26,247 nt of DNA, from IMG/VR virus record IMGVR_UViG_3300037755_000418, positions 1 through 26,247 of that record; one strand, written 5' to 3'. The position numbers and the translations under genes are program-made. Numbering within the stretch: the first letter of the stretch is position 1; every line of letters begins with the position of its first letter. This DNA comes from a virus. Lineage: Duplodnaviria > Caudoviricetes. Shown here piece after piece: positions 1 through 7,612 of this stretch. Under the pieces are notes generated by a model. The model saw only the letters and a program-made list of their open reading frames with translations, did no database searches and had not been told where the DNA came from.

Positions 1-619
1 GAATCACAGCTATGTCGGTTGCGAGTGGAAAAGTGAGAAGACCGTGATCAGTGTGCTGATTCACATTGGCTGTCACAAGTCCGAGCTTCCGCTCAGGCTT
101 CAATACACGAAAGCACTCCTCCAACGCGGGGCGGAGCTGGCGGAGGAACTCGGGGTAGCTGTCGATGCTGCCGAGATTGGCAGCTGAGTCACCGTAATCC
201 GCCTTGTTCCAATAAGGGGGGCTTGTGACGATCAACTCAACCGAGGCATCCTCGAGGAACGTCAGCTGTCGGCAATCTGCTGCCTGCGCGCTCCAATCGG
301 TTTCCCGGCCGGGAAATGCCTCGCCGAGTCGTGCCTCGACGAGTTTTATGAAGTCGGCGCTCTGATCTACGGATATGGACCGTCGGTTCAGTTCCAGTGC
401 TGCGAGAGCCGTACTGCCTACTCCCGCGAACGGGTCGAGAATCGTCTCTCCCACGAAGGAGAAGAGCTTGACCAAGCGACGTGGGATCTCCACTGGGAAC
501 ACTGCCGGGTGATCCGGATCAGTGGTATTGGCGATTTGCCAAACAGTCTTCGTGTACTCCCGCCATTCCTCTTTCGAGAGCTTGCTCTGCTCCTTCGCAT
601 TGTGGTCAACTAACTCCAA
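1..619 (-). CDS. Site-specific DNA methyltransferase (N4-cytosine/N6-adenine, SPPY type), circularly permuted; 3' end runs off the window
   Basis: Not in the ORF track. My translation from TTG at 619 (GAGGAGG about 7 nt upstream): MELVDHNAKEQSKLSKEEWREYTKTVWQIANTTDPDHPAVFPVEIPRRLVKLFSFVGETILDPFAGVGST...DASVELIVTSPPYWNKADY...ECFRVLKP. It has the SAM-binding DPFAG and catalytic TSPPY motifs. The frame is open to base 1 and overlaps the upstream stop by 10 nt. Confidence 0.9.
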   Translation of the reverse strand, partial: MELVDHNAKEQSKLSKEEWREYTKTVWQIANTTDPDHPAVFPVEIPRRLVKLFSFVGETILDPFAGVGSTALAALELNRRSISVDQSADFIKLVEARLGEAFPGRETDWSAQAADCRQLTFLEDASVELIVTSPPYWNKADYGDSAANLGSIDSYPEFLRQLRPALEECFRVLKPERKLGLVTANVNQHTDHGLLTFPLATDIAVI

Positions 620-2754
620 CTCGGAACCTCCTCTGCTTGTCGAGCAGCTCGCAGAGGGCGCTCTACTCTCTTGAGTTTCTCCATGTAGTCGTACAGCCAT
701 GCTCCGAACCCTGCCGGCAAATTCAGCGAGCGGCAGAGGGTCATATCGATGGCGTGCAGGGTCCGCTCGTCAGTCGCCGGATCGAAGGACACGGAAGTGC
801 TACCGCCGTTCGTGCTTACGACTGGCTTCCTGCACACGTTCTCCCACAGCTGCCTCCCTAGCTGCCCAAGCTCCGCGCCATCCTCATCGGCGAAAGTATC
901 GAGACTTATTGGCACCTGGGTCAGAAACCACCGAGGAACGTGGAATCCATCGCCCTCGACCCTCCACAACCAATAGACCAGTCTGCTGGTGAGCACTGCA
1001 TAAGCGAGTTCGGCATCGGCCGCACTGCCAAACCTCAGCCGATGAAGCGGACTCTGACTCGTGACCTCGACACCAGGCACAAGCGCAGGCGGACGGAGCG
1101 CGACCGAGATCCAGTTGTAGGCGGTCCCAGCCACGAACAGCTCGGGCGGATGCTCGACCTCGGTCGAGGCGGAACACCGCACGATTTCCAAGATCGACGT
1201 CTCCAGGGTCAGAAGCCTGGACCGAAGCATGTGGTACGCGTTGCTCTCCGACTCCGTCGCCACCTTCGGCAGCACGCGTCCGATGTCGGCAGCGTCCACT
1301 CGGACCCCCGGCTCATCAACGAAGAGCGTGTGACGATTCCTGCTCGTCCAGCGCTGAAGCGGGCCTGTACGAATAGATGGCCCCGCGATTGTTCTGGCGT
1401 CGAAGCGGAGGATCGCCGTTCGTTGCTTGACATCATCGCCGAATAGCGCATCGGGGGTCCTGTCATAGAAGGAGACGACCCAGGCTCCGCTGTTGCGGGT
1501 CATCTGACGGCGCAGTGCTCGATAGGCAGGGCGTTGAGAGAACGCCACTGAGAGAGGAACGACAACCGCGGCTCTTCCCCCTTGTTCAGCCGCGAGCCGC
1601 CAACAGAACTCCGTGAAAGGAAGGTACATGTCGGTCGACGGACCAGCAGCTTGCCGAAGGCAATCAAATCGACGGGCTAGAGCGGCAAAGTCTTCGCGCC
1701 TGCCCAGCGGGGCATATGGTGGGTTAGTGACAATCGCGTCAAAGGCGACAACTTCCGGAAACAGATCACCCACGGACGCCCCACCATACGTTGCGCCACC
1801 GGAATCCCTTCCCTCGACGGTTCCATCGAGCAGGTCCCGTTTGGCAGCTCGCCGTCGATCCGCAGCCTTGGATCTCTCCTCTGCCGCCGAGAGATCAGCG
1901 GTCGGCTCTAGCGAGAGTGTGTCATGGAGTGCGAGATTCATCCGGACGGCTCGCCAGGCTGCGAGCGGATTGACAGCTTGTCTCACATCCTCGAGCGCAT
2001 GGTGGAGCAAGACGAACGCACACGTGTCGAGCGATATCGGATTGATATCGATCCCGTATAGCGAGGATGCCGCGATGGCCAATCGGCCGATCAGCCGATC
2101 GCCTGCAAGGGTCTTCAGGGCGGCTACCAGGTAGGCGCCTGTGCCGCATGCAGGGTCGAGGACCACGGGCTCGCCTCGCGTCGGAGATTCCAGGACCCAG
2201 CCCACCATGTGCTCGACGACATCCGCTGGCGTGTAGACGATCCCCCTCCGCTTCTTGGCTGCCCGGGTCGAGCTGATCGCAGGGTCACGCAGCACAGCAC
2301 GACGGGTTGCAAGTCCGTCAGCGTCGAGCAAGTACGGGAGCAGGTCGAGGAATCCGTCCGAGAGTATGTCGACGCTCATCAGCGGAACGAGAATGCTGTC
2401 ATCCGCTAGGCCGGCGAGTTGGTGCTTCTCGAAGCCTCCGAAGAACCATCGGAGGCCCTCCATGAGATCCGACTCCCCATCGACCACGCCGGCACGGCGA
2501 GATAGCAGCCAGGCGTTGACCAGGAACCAAGCCACCCGCTCGTCTGGCCACCCAACCATCCCGTCGTCGGCGTGCTCCCTCAGCGAGGCTCCGGTAGGGC
2601 GGCTCTCGGGTCCCACGACCGAGGCGGACGTAAGCCGCTGTTTGGTCAGCTCGACGGCTTCGCGTACGGGCTTGCCCCATTGTTCGGCCTCAACCAGGAG
2701 AGTTCGGCCTGGAGCCGGGATACTCAGCCTGTCAGTCCCTGCAGTGATCGTCAT
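610..2754 (-). CDS. N6-adenine DNA methyltransferase (gamma class, Eco57I/TaqI-like MTase domain)
   Basis: Motifs in order: GIVYTP (X), VLDPACGTGAYL (I), LYGIDI (II), FDAIVTNPPY (IV), DMYLPF (V), followed by a long C-terminal target-recognition-like region. Start uncertain (ATG 2754 or 2802). The 3159 start in the track is probably over-extended. Confidence 0.88.
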   Translation of the reverse strand: MTITAGTDRLSIPAPGRTLLVEAEQWGKPVREAVELTKQRLTSASVVGPESRPTGASLREHADDGMVGWPDERVAWFLVNAWLLSRRAGVVDGESDLMEGLRWFFGGFEKHQLAGLADDSILVPLMSVDILSDGFLDLLPYLLDADGLATRRAVLRDPAISSTRAAKKRRGIVYTPADVVEHMVGWVLESPTRGEPVVLDPACGTGAYLVAALKTLAGDRLIGRLAIAASSLYGIDINPISLDTCAFVLLHHALEDVRQAVNPLAAWRAVRMNLALHDTLSLEPTADLSAAEERSKAADRRRAAKRDLLDGTVEGRDSGGATYGGASVGDLFPEVVAFDAIVTNPPYAPLGRREDFAALARRFDCLRQAAGPSTDMYLPFTEFCWRLAAEQGGRAAVVVPLSVAFSQRPAYRALRRQMTRNSGAWVVSFYDRTPDALFGDDVKQRTAILRFDARTIAGPSIRTGPLQRWTSRNRHTLFVDEPGVRVDAADIGRVLPKVATESESNAYHMLRSRLLTLETSILEIVRCSASTEVEHPPELFVAGTAYNWISVALRPPALVPGVEVTSQSPLHRLRFGSAADAELAYAVLTSRLVYWLWRVEGDGFHVPRWFLTQVPISLDTFADEDGAELGQLGRQLWENVCRKPVVSTNGGSTSVSFDPATDERTLHAIDMTLCRSLNLPAGFGAWLYDYMEKLKRVERPLRAARQAEEVPSWS

Positions 2755-2770
2755 TGGTACACGCTCGATC

Positions 2771-2889
2771 CGCGCGCGGTCGCGCGCGTTGAATGACAGC
2801 ATTGTAAGACGCGAGACTGACAGAATGGTGGTGACACCTGGAGACGCTGGCGATGAGCCTCCCCTGCAGTTCTCGCGCGACCGCGCGCG
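2771..2889. repeat. 16-bp inverted repeat pair (CGCGCGCGGTCGCGCG at 2771-2786; CGCGCGACCGCGCGCG at 2874-2889) around the divergent MTase/HTH starts
   Basis: Exact reverse complements read from the sequence. A TACAAT hexamer (minus strand, 2801-2806) and several TGACAG/TGACAC boxes lie between them. Confidence 0.6.
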
Positions 2890-3052
2890 CCAGGCAGCTG
2901 TCGAGCGGATCGCGGCGGTCGTCAGACACCGCATGAGCCAAGAGGGCATCGCCAGCATCCGAGGCTTCGCGGACCATGTCGGGATGTCCTGGAAGCCCAT
3001 CGACAAGCTCTTGAACGGGGACCCGAACCCAGGTGGACGGCGAGTTCGTTGA
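2825..3052 (+). CDS. XRE-like helix-turn-helix protein, probably C-terminally truncated
   Basis: C-terminal 75 aa of track ORF 2255..3052. IAAVVRHRMSQEGIASIRGFADHVGMSWKPIDKLLNGDPNP fits XRE helices 1-3, but the protein then stops after GGRRVR. It is divergent from the MTase operon. Confidence 0.55.
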   Translation: MVVTPGDAGDEPPLQFSRDRARQAAVERIAAVVRHRMSQEGIASIRGFADHVGMSWKPIDKLLNGDPNPGGRRVR

Positions 3053-3161
3053 GAGGGCCGACGCCGACCCGAGATTGGACGGGGATCTCTTGCATCACAC
3101 GAACTTGCCCGGCGGGGCCCACATCGACTCTGTCCGGTACCAGGGGGACTGACCCACACGA

Positions 3162-3197
3162 GAAGAGGCCCCCACCCTTTCGGGTGGGGGCCTCTTC
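3162..3197. terminator. Intrinsic terminator, probably bidirectional
   Basis: Perfect 16-bp stem GAAGAGGCCCCCACCC / GGGTGGGGGCCTCTTC with a 4-nt loop (GAAA on the minus strand). It lies 20 nt after the last minus-strand phage ORF and between convergent ORFs. Confidence 0.88.
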
Positions 3198-3217
3198 CTG
3201 CATTCTGGGGACCGACT

Positions 3218-3343
3218 TCAGTTGTGGTGGGGTCGCATGGCGAGCATGCCGATGACGCCTCCGATGGTGAGGGTTGCGAGGGCGATCAGGGCGCACATGG
3301 TGGCGCATCCGATCGAGTTGTCCCGTTTGGCTGTGACGGCCAT
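3218..3343 (-). CDS. Small single-pass membrane protein (41 aa) at the end of the lysis cassette
   Basis: Below the track cutoff. GGAGGA precedes the ATG. Translation MAVTAKRDNSIGCATMCALIALATLTIGGVIGMLAMRPHHN has one hydrophobic helix. Confidence 0.7.
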   Translation of the reverse strand: MAVTAKRDNSIGCATMCALIALATLTIGGVIGMLAMRPHHN

Positions 3344-3377
3344 CGTGTCCTCCGTCCGTGGAAGGCGATGTCCTGGG

Positions 3378-3761
3378 TCATGGTGTGAGGAGGTGTGAGA
3401 TCCATCCGGCTCCGAGGCCGGAGCCGATGCCGACGCCGGCGGAGATCCACAGGAACCGATTGACCCTGTTCTCGAGGCGCCGCAGGTCTGCGCGGATGTC
3501 CTTCTCGACGGCTTCCATGCGGTCGTGGACGCGGGCGACGGATCCTTTCCTCTGTTCGTCGAGGTCGCGGTGTGCTGATTCGGCGAGGTCGGCTGTCCGT
3601 TCGAGCCGGTCGACGCGGGTGACGATCCCGACGTGGCCGATGGTTTCGTCGCCCATGATGGCCCTCTCGAGACGGTCGAGACGCGGGTCGAGGCGTGCGA
3701 GGATCGAGTCAGCGATGGCAGCGACGAGGGGCTGGTCGACCGGTTCGATCGGCACGGGCAT
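3378..3761 (-). CDS. Coiled-coil protein with C-terminal transmembrane segment (lysis-cassette accessory)
   Basis: Last 127 aa of track ORF 3378..4547, starting MPVPIEPV 2 nt after the holin stop. Heptad-like LDRLE/VDRLE/LRRLE stretches, then hydrophobic FLWISAGVGIGSGLGAGWI. Confidence 0.75.
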   Translation of the reverse strand: MPVPIEPVDQPLVAAIADSILARLDPRLDRLERAIMGDETIGHVGIVTRVDRLERTADLAESAHRDLDEQRKGSVARVHDRMEAVEKDIRADLRRLENRVNRFLWISAGVGIGSGLGAGWISHLLTP

Positions 3762-3763
3762 TG

Positions 3764-4033
3764 TCAGGCCCGGTCGCGGGTGTAGTAGGCGGAGATCCAC
3801 CCGACGAGGGCGGGGACCGCTACGGCGGCGGCTTCGATGGCGGTGGTGACTTGGTCGGCGACGTCGTCGGGGACGTCGATGCCGATCAGGGCGAGGATGG
3901 TGACGACCGCGCCGATGGCGGATCCGATGCCGGCGGCGACGACCTTGCGGGAGGGTGCTTTGCCGGGCTGGTCGATGAGGACGGTGGTGGCCACGGTGGC
4001 GGGCTGGTAGACGATGGAGTCGGTCATGGTCAT
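3764..4033 (-). CDS. Holin
   Basis: 87-89 aa with two hydrophobic segments (KVVAAGIGSAIGAVVTILALIGI; AAAVAVPALVGWISAYY) and a charged C-terminus. ATGA overlap with the endolysin. Alternative start at 4027. Confidence 0.78.
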   Translation of the reverse strand: MTMTDSIVYQPATVATTVLIDQPGKAPSRKVVAAGIGSAIGAVVTILALIGIDVPDDVADQVTTAIEAAAVAVPALVGWISAYYTRDRA

Positions 4034-4935
4034 GCCTTTCTGGTGATTGTGAGTTTCCCGGCGACCCGGTTGGCGAGGTCGTCGAGGTCGACGACGATCG
4101 ACCCGCCGTTCTTGGCGAGGTCGGCGAGTCGTTTCTCGACGGCGGTGAGGGCGCCGTCGATGTCGAGTCGGTCGTTGCCGAGGAGGAAGGTGGCGAGGCT
4201 GCGGGTGGTGACGAGGGTGGCGGGCTCGGTGTAAGCGGAGAACATGCCGGCGTTGCGGGCGTCGTCCCATGCTGCCTGGAAGCGGGTGTCGGCGGCTTGC
4301 GCTTGGGCGACCTTCCACTGGTTGGTGATCCACTGTTGGACTTCGGGGGACAGGGCCATGTCTTCCTCCAGGGTGACGAATCGGGGGATGGCGGGGTACA
4401 GGGTCGAGCCGGGGCATGACTTGTTCTTGGAGTCGCGGTGTCCCCAGGCGAGCCACCCGTTGGGGGAGCGTTCTGTGCCGAGATGGGGGAAGGCGTGGGC
4501 TTTGAGGTGGGCCATGCGTTCGTTGATGGCCCACAGGAGGACGTCACGGGCGGCGTCGTCTCGCCGGTCGAAGTTGCCGTAGACCGAGATGCCGTAGCCG
4601 TGCCGGTTGTGGCCGGAGGTGTGTGCTCCGACGGTGTACAGGCCGCAGCCTTCGAAGATCCACACGGTTTCGAGGTCCTCGGAGACGGCGACGGTTTCGT
4701 TGTAGGGCATCGGCATCAGATCCGGTCTGGCGCGCTGCAACGCTCGGGTGTAGCGGAGGGCCCGGTCGAGGGTCCACCGGTTGGGGGTGGAGTCGGCGGC
4801 GTCGACCGAGGCGGTGTGATGGATCTGTCCGCACACCACCTCGTTGCCGGCGCGGGTGTAGCGGCGGCGGAGTTGGGCGTCGATGTCGGCGTCGACACCC
4901 CAGTCACGGCGCGACATGTAGACGAGCTCGGGCAT
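4030..4935 (-). CDS. Endolysin, N-acetylmuramoyl-L-alanine amidase (Amidase_2/PGRP-like)
   Basis: Motifs SRRDWG, IHHTA, GAHTSGHN, GISVYGNF and WGHRD...SCPG supply the Zn ligands. GGAG lies 7 nt before ATG 4935. Separate C-terminal domain after LEEDM. Confidence 0.92.
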   Translation of the reverse strand: MPELVYMSRRDWGVDADIDAQLRRRYTRAGNEVVCGQIHHTASVDAADSTPNRWTLDRALRYTRALQRARPDLMPMPYNETVAVSEDLETVWIFEGCGLYTVGAHTSGHNRHGYGISVYGNFDRRDDAARDVLLWAINERMAHLKAHAFPHLGTERSPNGWLAWGHRDSKNKSCPGSTLYPAIPRFVTLEEDMALSPEVQQWITNQWKVAQAQAADTRFQAAWDDARNAGMFSAYTEPATLVTTRSLATFLLGNDRLDIDGALTAVEKRLADLAKNGGSIVVDLDDLANRVAGKLTITRKA

Positions 4936-5004
4936 GGTCAACTCCGTTGTCTTGGACGGGCACCCGAGAGAAGGCCTAGCTACGTCACATGACGAAATAG
5001 CCGG

Positions 5005-5646
5005 TCAGCTGGTGCCGATGGCGAGGACTGAGATGGCGGCTTCGCAGAGGATCGAGTCGACGTCGGAGTCGACGTAGCCGCGGAGGAGGACGTCGATCGA
5101 AGCTCCGGGGCTGCTGATCGTCCGGGAGAACACCGGCGAAGCGGTGAGGTTGATGAGCGTGGCAAGGCCCGACGTGTATTGGGGTCCACCGGAGATGTAC
5201 TCGGGGCTGTCGGTGCCGTCGATCCGGACGAGTCCGACGAGGTGGTTCTGGGCGGGGGCCGCGGGGCCCTGGTTGATGTGGACTGACGCGACGGCCTGGA
5301 TGATGAGCGTGTCGACCCAGCTGGGCGGGGCGATTGTCACGCCGGCAAGGGTGGCTTCGGTTTCGGTGATGGTGGCGGTCGTGTCGGCGTCGAAGTCCTC
5401 GTCGATCCACGCCGACGCTTGCTGGACGGTGGTGCTGTCGAGCCCGGCCGCGGAGAGGGCGACCACGGTGGTCCCGGACCCGTCGACGAATCTGAGTTCG
5501 CCTCCGTCGCGAATGGTGAGCCCACCAGAACCGATGGCGGCGTTGCCTAGCTGGGCGGACCGTTCGAGGGCGGCGAGACGCCGGTCGAGGTCTTGACGCC
5601 AGACAGCGTTGTCGTCGCCGAGGGGGTAGTTGTAGCGGCGGGTCAT
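5005..5646 (-). CDS. Minor tail protein
   Basis: Starts MTRRYNYP at a TGATG overlap. N-terminal DLDRRLAALERS coiled coil then a beta-rich body, as in actinophage proteins that follow the tail-tip gene. Ends ...IGTS. Confidence 0.7.
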   Translation of the reverse strand: MTRRYNYPLGDDNAVWRQDLDRRLAALERSAQLGNAAIGSGGLTIRDGGELRFVDGSGTTVVALSAAGLDSTTVQQASAWIDEDFDADTTATITETEATLAGVTIAPPSWVDTLIIQAVASVHINQGPAAPAQNHLVGLVRIDGTDSPEYISGGPQYTSGLATLINLTASPVFSRTISSPGASIDVLLRGYVDSDVDSILCEAAISVLAIGTS

Positions 5647-6677
5647 CAGAGCGCCTCGAGGTGGAGCACGGCCTGTTCCTCGCCGGCCGTCCATTGGATG
5701 TCTCGGCCTACGAGCCGCCGGTACGCGCTGATCGGCGAATAGGGGGAGTCCCAGACGATGCGGACCTCGTCGCCCTCCTCGTAGGACATGACTGGCGGGT
5801 CTGTGGTGCCGGAGGTGACCGATATCACCTCCGGTGGGCTGGTGTGGGCTGCGAGTTCGTCGTCGACCTTGTCTTGGAGGGTGTCAGCGACGGACACGTC
5901 TTTGGCGGTGACGATTGTCTGGGTGAGTCCGAAGTCGGCGACCGCCGTGGAGGATTGTCGTGACCGCAGGAGCATCGAGTCGGCTTCGCCGGCGCCGACG
6001 CCGAGCACCTGGGATGCTTGGGCTGTGCCGTCGATCGTCCGACCGAAGCTGCGAATGTTGCGGACGTCGAACACGATGTCGGGGCGTCGGCGACCGCGGC
6101 TCGGGTGGTGGAGACGCAGCACCCGCGTTTCTGGGGCGACGTCGAAGTCGAATCCGTTAAGCCGTTCGGCAAGCTGGACGACCGCCTCCCACACGTTTTT
6201 GCGTTCGAACCCGGGGTAGATGAGGCCCTCTCGCTCGATTCCCGCCGCGCCGACACTTGACGTGTCGATCCCGAAGTCACCGCCCGCCTTCGATTGGTGA
6301 TGGTCGACGAGTGCGGCCGCGACGGCGAATTGTTCGGTGGCGGCTTGGACGCCGATGGTGGCTGTGACGTGCATCCACCTCAGGTAGGAGAGCATGCCCT
6401 CCCCGGCGAACTCGACGAACCGTCCCGAGGTGGAATCGGTCTCGACGGCGGTGAGGATGGGGCCCCGCCACACGATCGCGCCGTTGCGGCGGACGACGGC
6501 TTCATGCCGCCGCGGGTAGATGACAGCAGGGTCACATTTGGGATGATCGGCGGCCAGTCGGAATCGGATCGAGCCGGGCCCGTTGAGCCGGAACCCGTAG
6601 GAGATGATCTCGGCGGGGAGTTCCTCTATCGGCTCGTCAGATCCGATGAGGGTCGAGTACAGGACGGTGTCGGTCAT
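5646..6677 (-). CDS. Tail-tip/hub minor tail protein (siphovirus Gp37-like)
   Basis: 343 aa with LNGPGSIRFRL, RNGAIVWRGPI, NGFDFDV and GVGAGE segments typical of actinophage tail-tip proteins. Position downstream of Dit. Confidence 0.78.
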   Translation of the reverse strand: MTDTVLYSTLIGSDEPIEELPAEIISYGFRLNGPGSIRFRLAADHPKCDPAVIYPRRHEAVVRRNGAIVWRGPILTAVETDSTSGRFVEFAGEGMLSYLRWMHVTATIGVQAATEQFAVAAALVDHHQSKAGGDFGIDTSSVGAAGIEREGLIYPGFERKNVWEAVVQLAERLNGFDFDVAPETRVLRLHHPSRGRRRPDIVFDVRNIRSFGRTIDGTAQASQVLGVGAGEADSMLLRSRQSSTAVADFGLTQTIVTAKDVSVADTLQDKVDDELAAHTSPPEVISVTSGTTDPPVMSYEEGDEVRIVWDSPYSPISAYRRLVGRDIQWTAGEEQAVLHLEAL

Positions 6678-7603
6678 GCCGGGCCGATGTCCTCGACCAT
6701 GATCCAGCAGGCGTTGCCGGCGGAGGCCTCGAGGGTCGCCCCCACGTTGGCGAGGTCGGAGGTCAGCTTGTAGGTGTGTTCCCCGGCGGTGGGAGCGACG
6801 ATGACTGATCCTTCGCCGCGGAAGCGTGAGCCGACTCCAGAGGTGGCCATGTCCAGGAATGTCCAGATCCGACCGATCGATGTCGACCCTTCCCGGACGA
6901 CCACCTGGCCGTAACCGGCGCTGGTGGACTTGAGCAGCCGGACATTGCCGACGATCCGGAGTCGCCGACCGGCGGGGACGGTGACGGTGACGGCGAGGCC
7001 GGTCAGGTCGGTGAGGCCCGCACCCATCCCGGTCTGGTTGGCGGTCACTTCGGCGTAGCCAAGGATTCCACCTGGTGACGCCCCGCCACCCCTCGCCGAT
7101 TCGCGCAGGTCGGTGATGTCTGCGTCGGTGATGGCCGTGACACCAGCACCGACCTCGATCTGTGCGAGGGGGATCGCCCCGGCGGGAGTGGCAGGAACGG
7201 TCGGGGACGCCGCGGGGGTGCCTTCGATGACTTCGACGTCGGCGTAGCTGTTGCCCGAGGAGTCGGCGTCGTCGTCGTAGACGCGGAGCACGACCAGGTC
7301 CAAGCGGTCGTCGCCAGGGTCGGACGCCGAGATAGCGAGTGTCACCGTCGGGTCGTTGTGGCGGGACACGTAGACGCCCTGGTCGGCGGAGGCGTCACCG
7401 GCGACGACAGCCAGGTCGCCGGTCGTGCCAGAACCAACTTGGATCTGCATGTTCGAACCGGTGTCCTCAGCCACCTGGTAGGAGCCGCCGGCGACGTCGA
7501 CGACGCCTTCACGGAGCAGCACCGATGCGAGCAGCCGCCCCACCGAGGCGGGTGCGTCTTCGGCTTGGATGGCCCATGTGGCGATCGTGGCGGTGGCGGG
7601 CAT
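6674..7603 (-). CDS. Minor tail protein (baseplate/receptor-binding candidate)
   Basis: 309 aa. ISASDPGDDRLDLVVLRVYD...EGTPAASPTVPATPAGAIPLAQIEV...ITDLR is a common actinophage minor-tail N-terminal module, followed by a distinct beta-rich C-terminal domain. Confidence 0.78.
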   Translation of the reverse strand: MPATATIATWAIQAEDAPASVGRLLASVLLREGVVDVAGGSYQVAEDTGSNMQIQVGSGTTGDLAVVAGDASADQGVYVSRHNDPTVTLAISASDPGDDRLDLVVLRVYDDDADSSGNSYADVEVIEGTPAASPTVPATPAGAIPLAQIEVGAGVTAITDADITDLRESARGGGASPGGILGYAEVTANQTGMGAGLTDLTGLAVTVTVPAGRRLRIVGNVRLLKSTSAGYGQVVVREGSTSIGRIWTFLDMATSGVGSRFRGEGSVIVAPTAGEHTYKLTSDLANVGATLEASAGNACWIMVEDIGPA

Positions 7604-7612
7604 CGAATCCTC

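Noticed and set aside
418-609. 63-aa minus-strand track ORF
   Set aside because: Wrong frame; the overlapping frame from 619 carries clear MTase motifs.
2803-3159. N-terminal ~120 aa of the 849-aa track ORF
   Set aside because: Arg/Pro/Ser-rich with no MTase motifs, and it overlaps the plus-strand HTH gene; treated as open-frame extension.
3762-4547. Long upstream extensions of track ORFs 3378..4547 and 3764..4534
   Set aside because: Low-complexity alternative frames over the endolysin and holin; real starts are at 3761 and 4033/4027.
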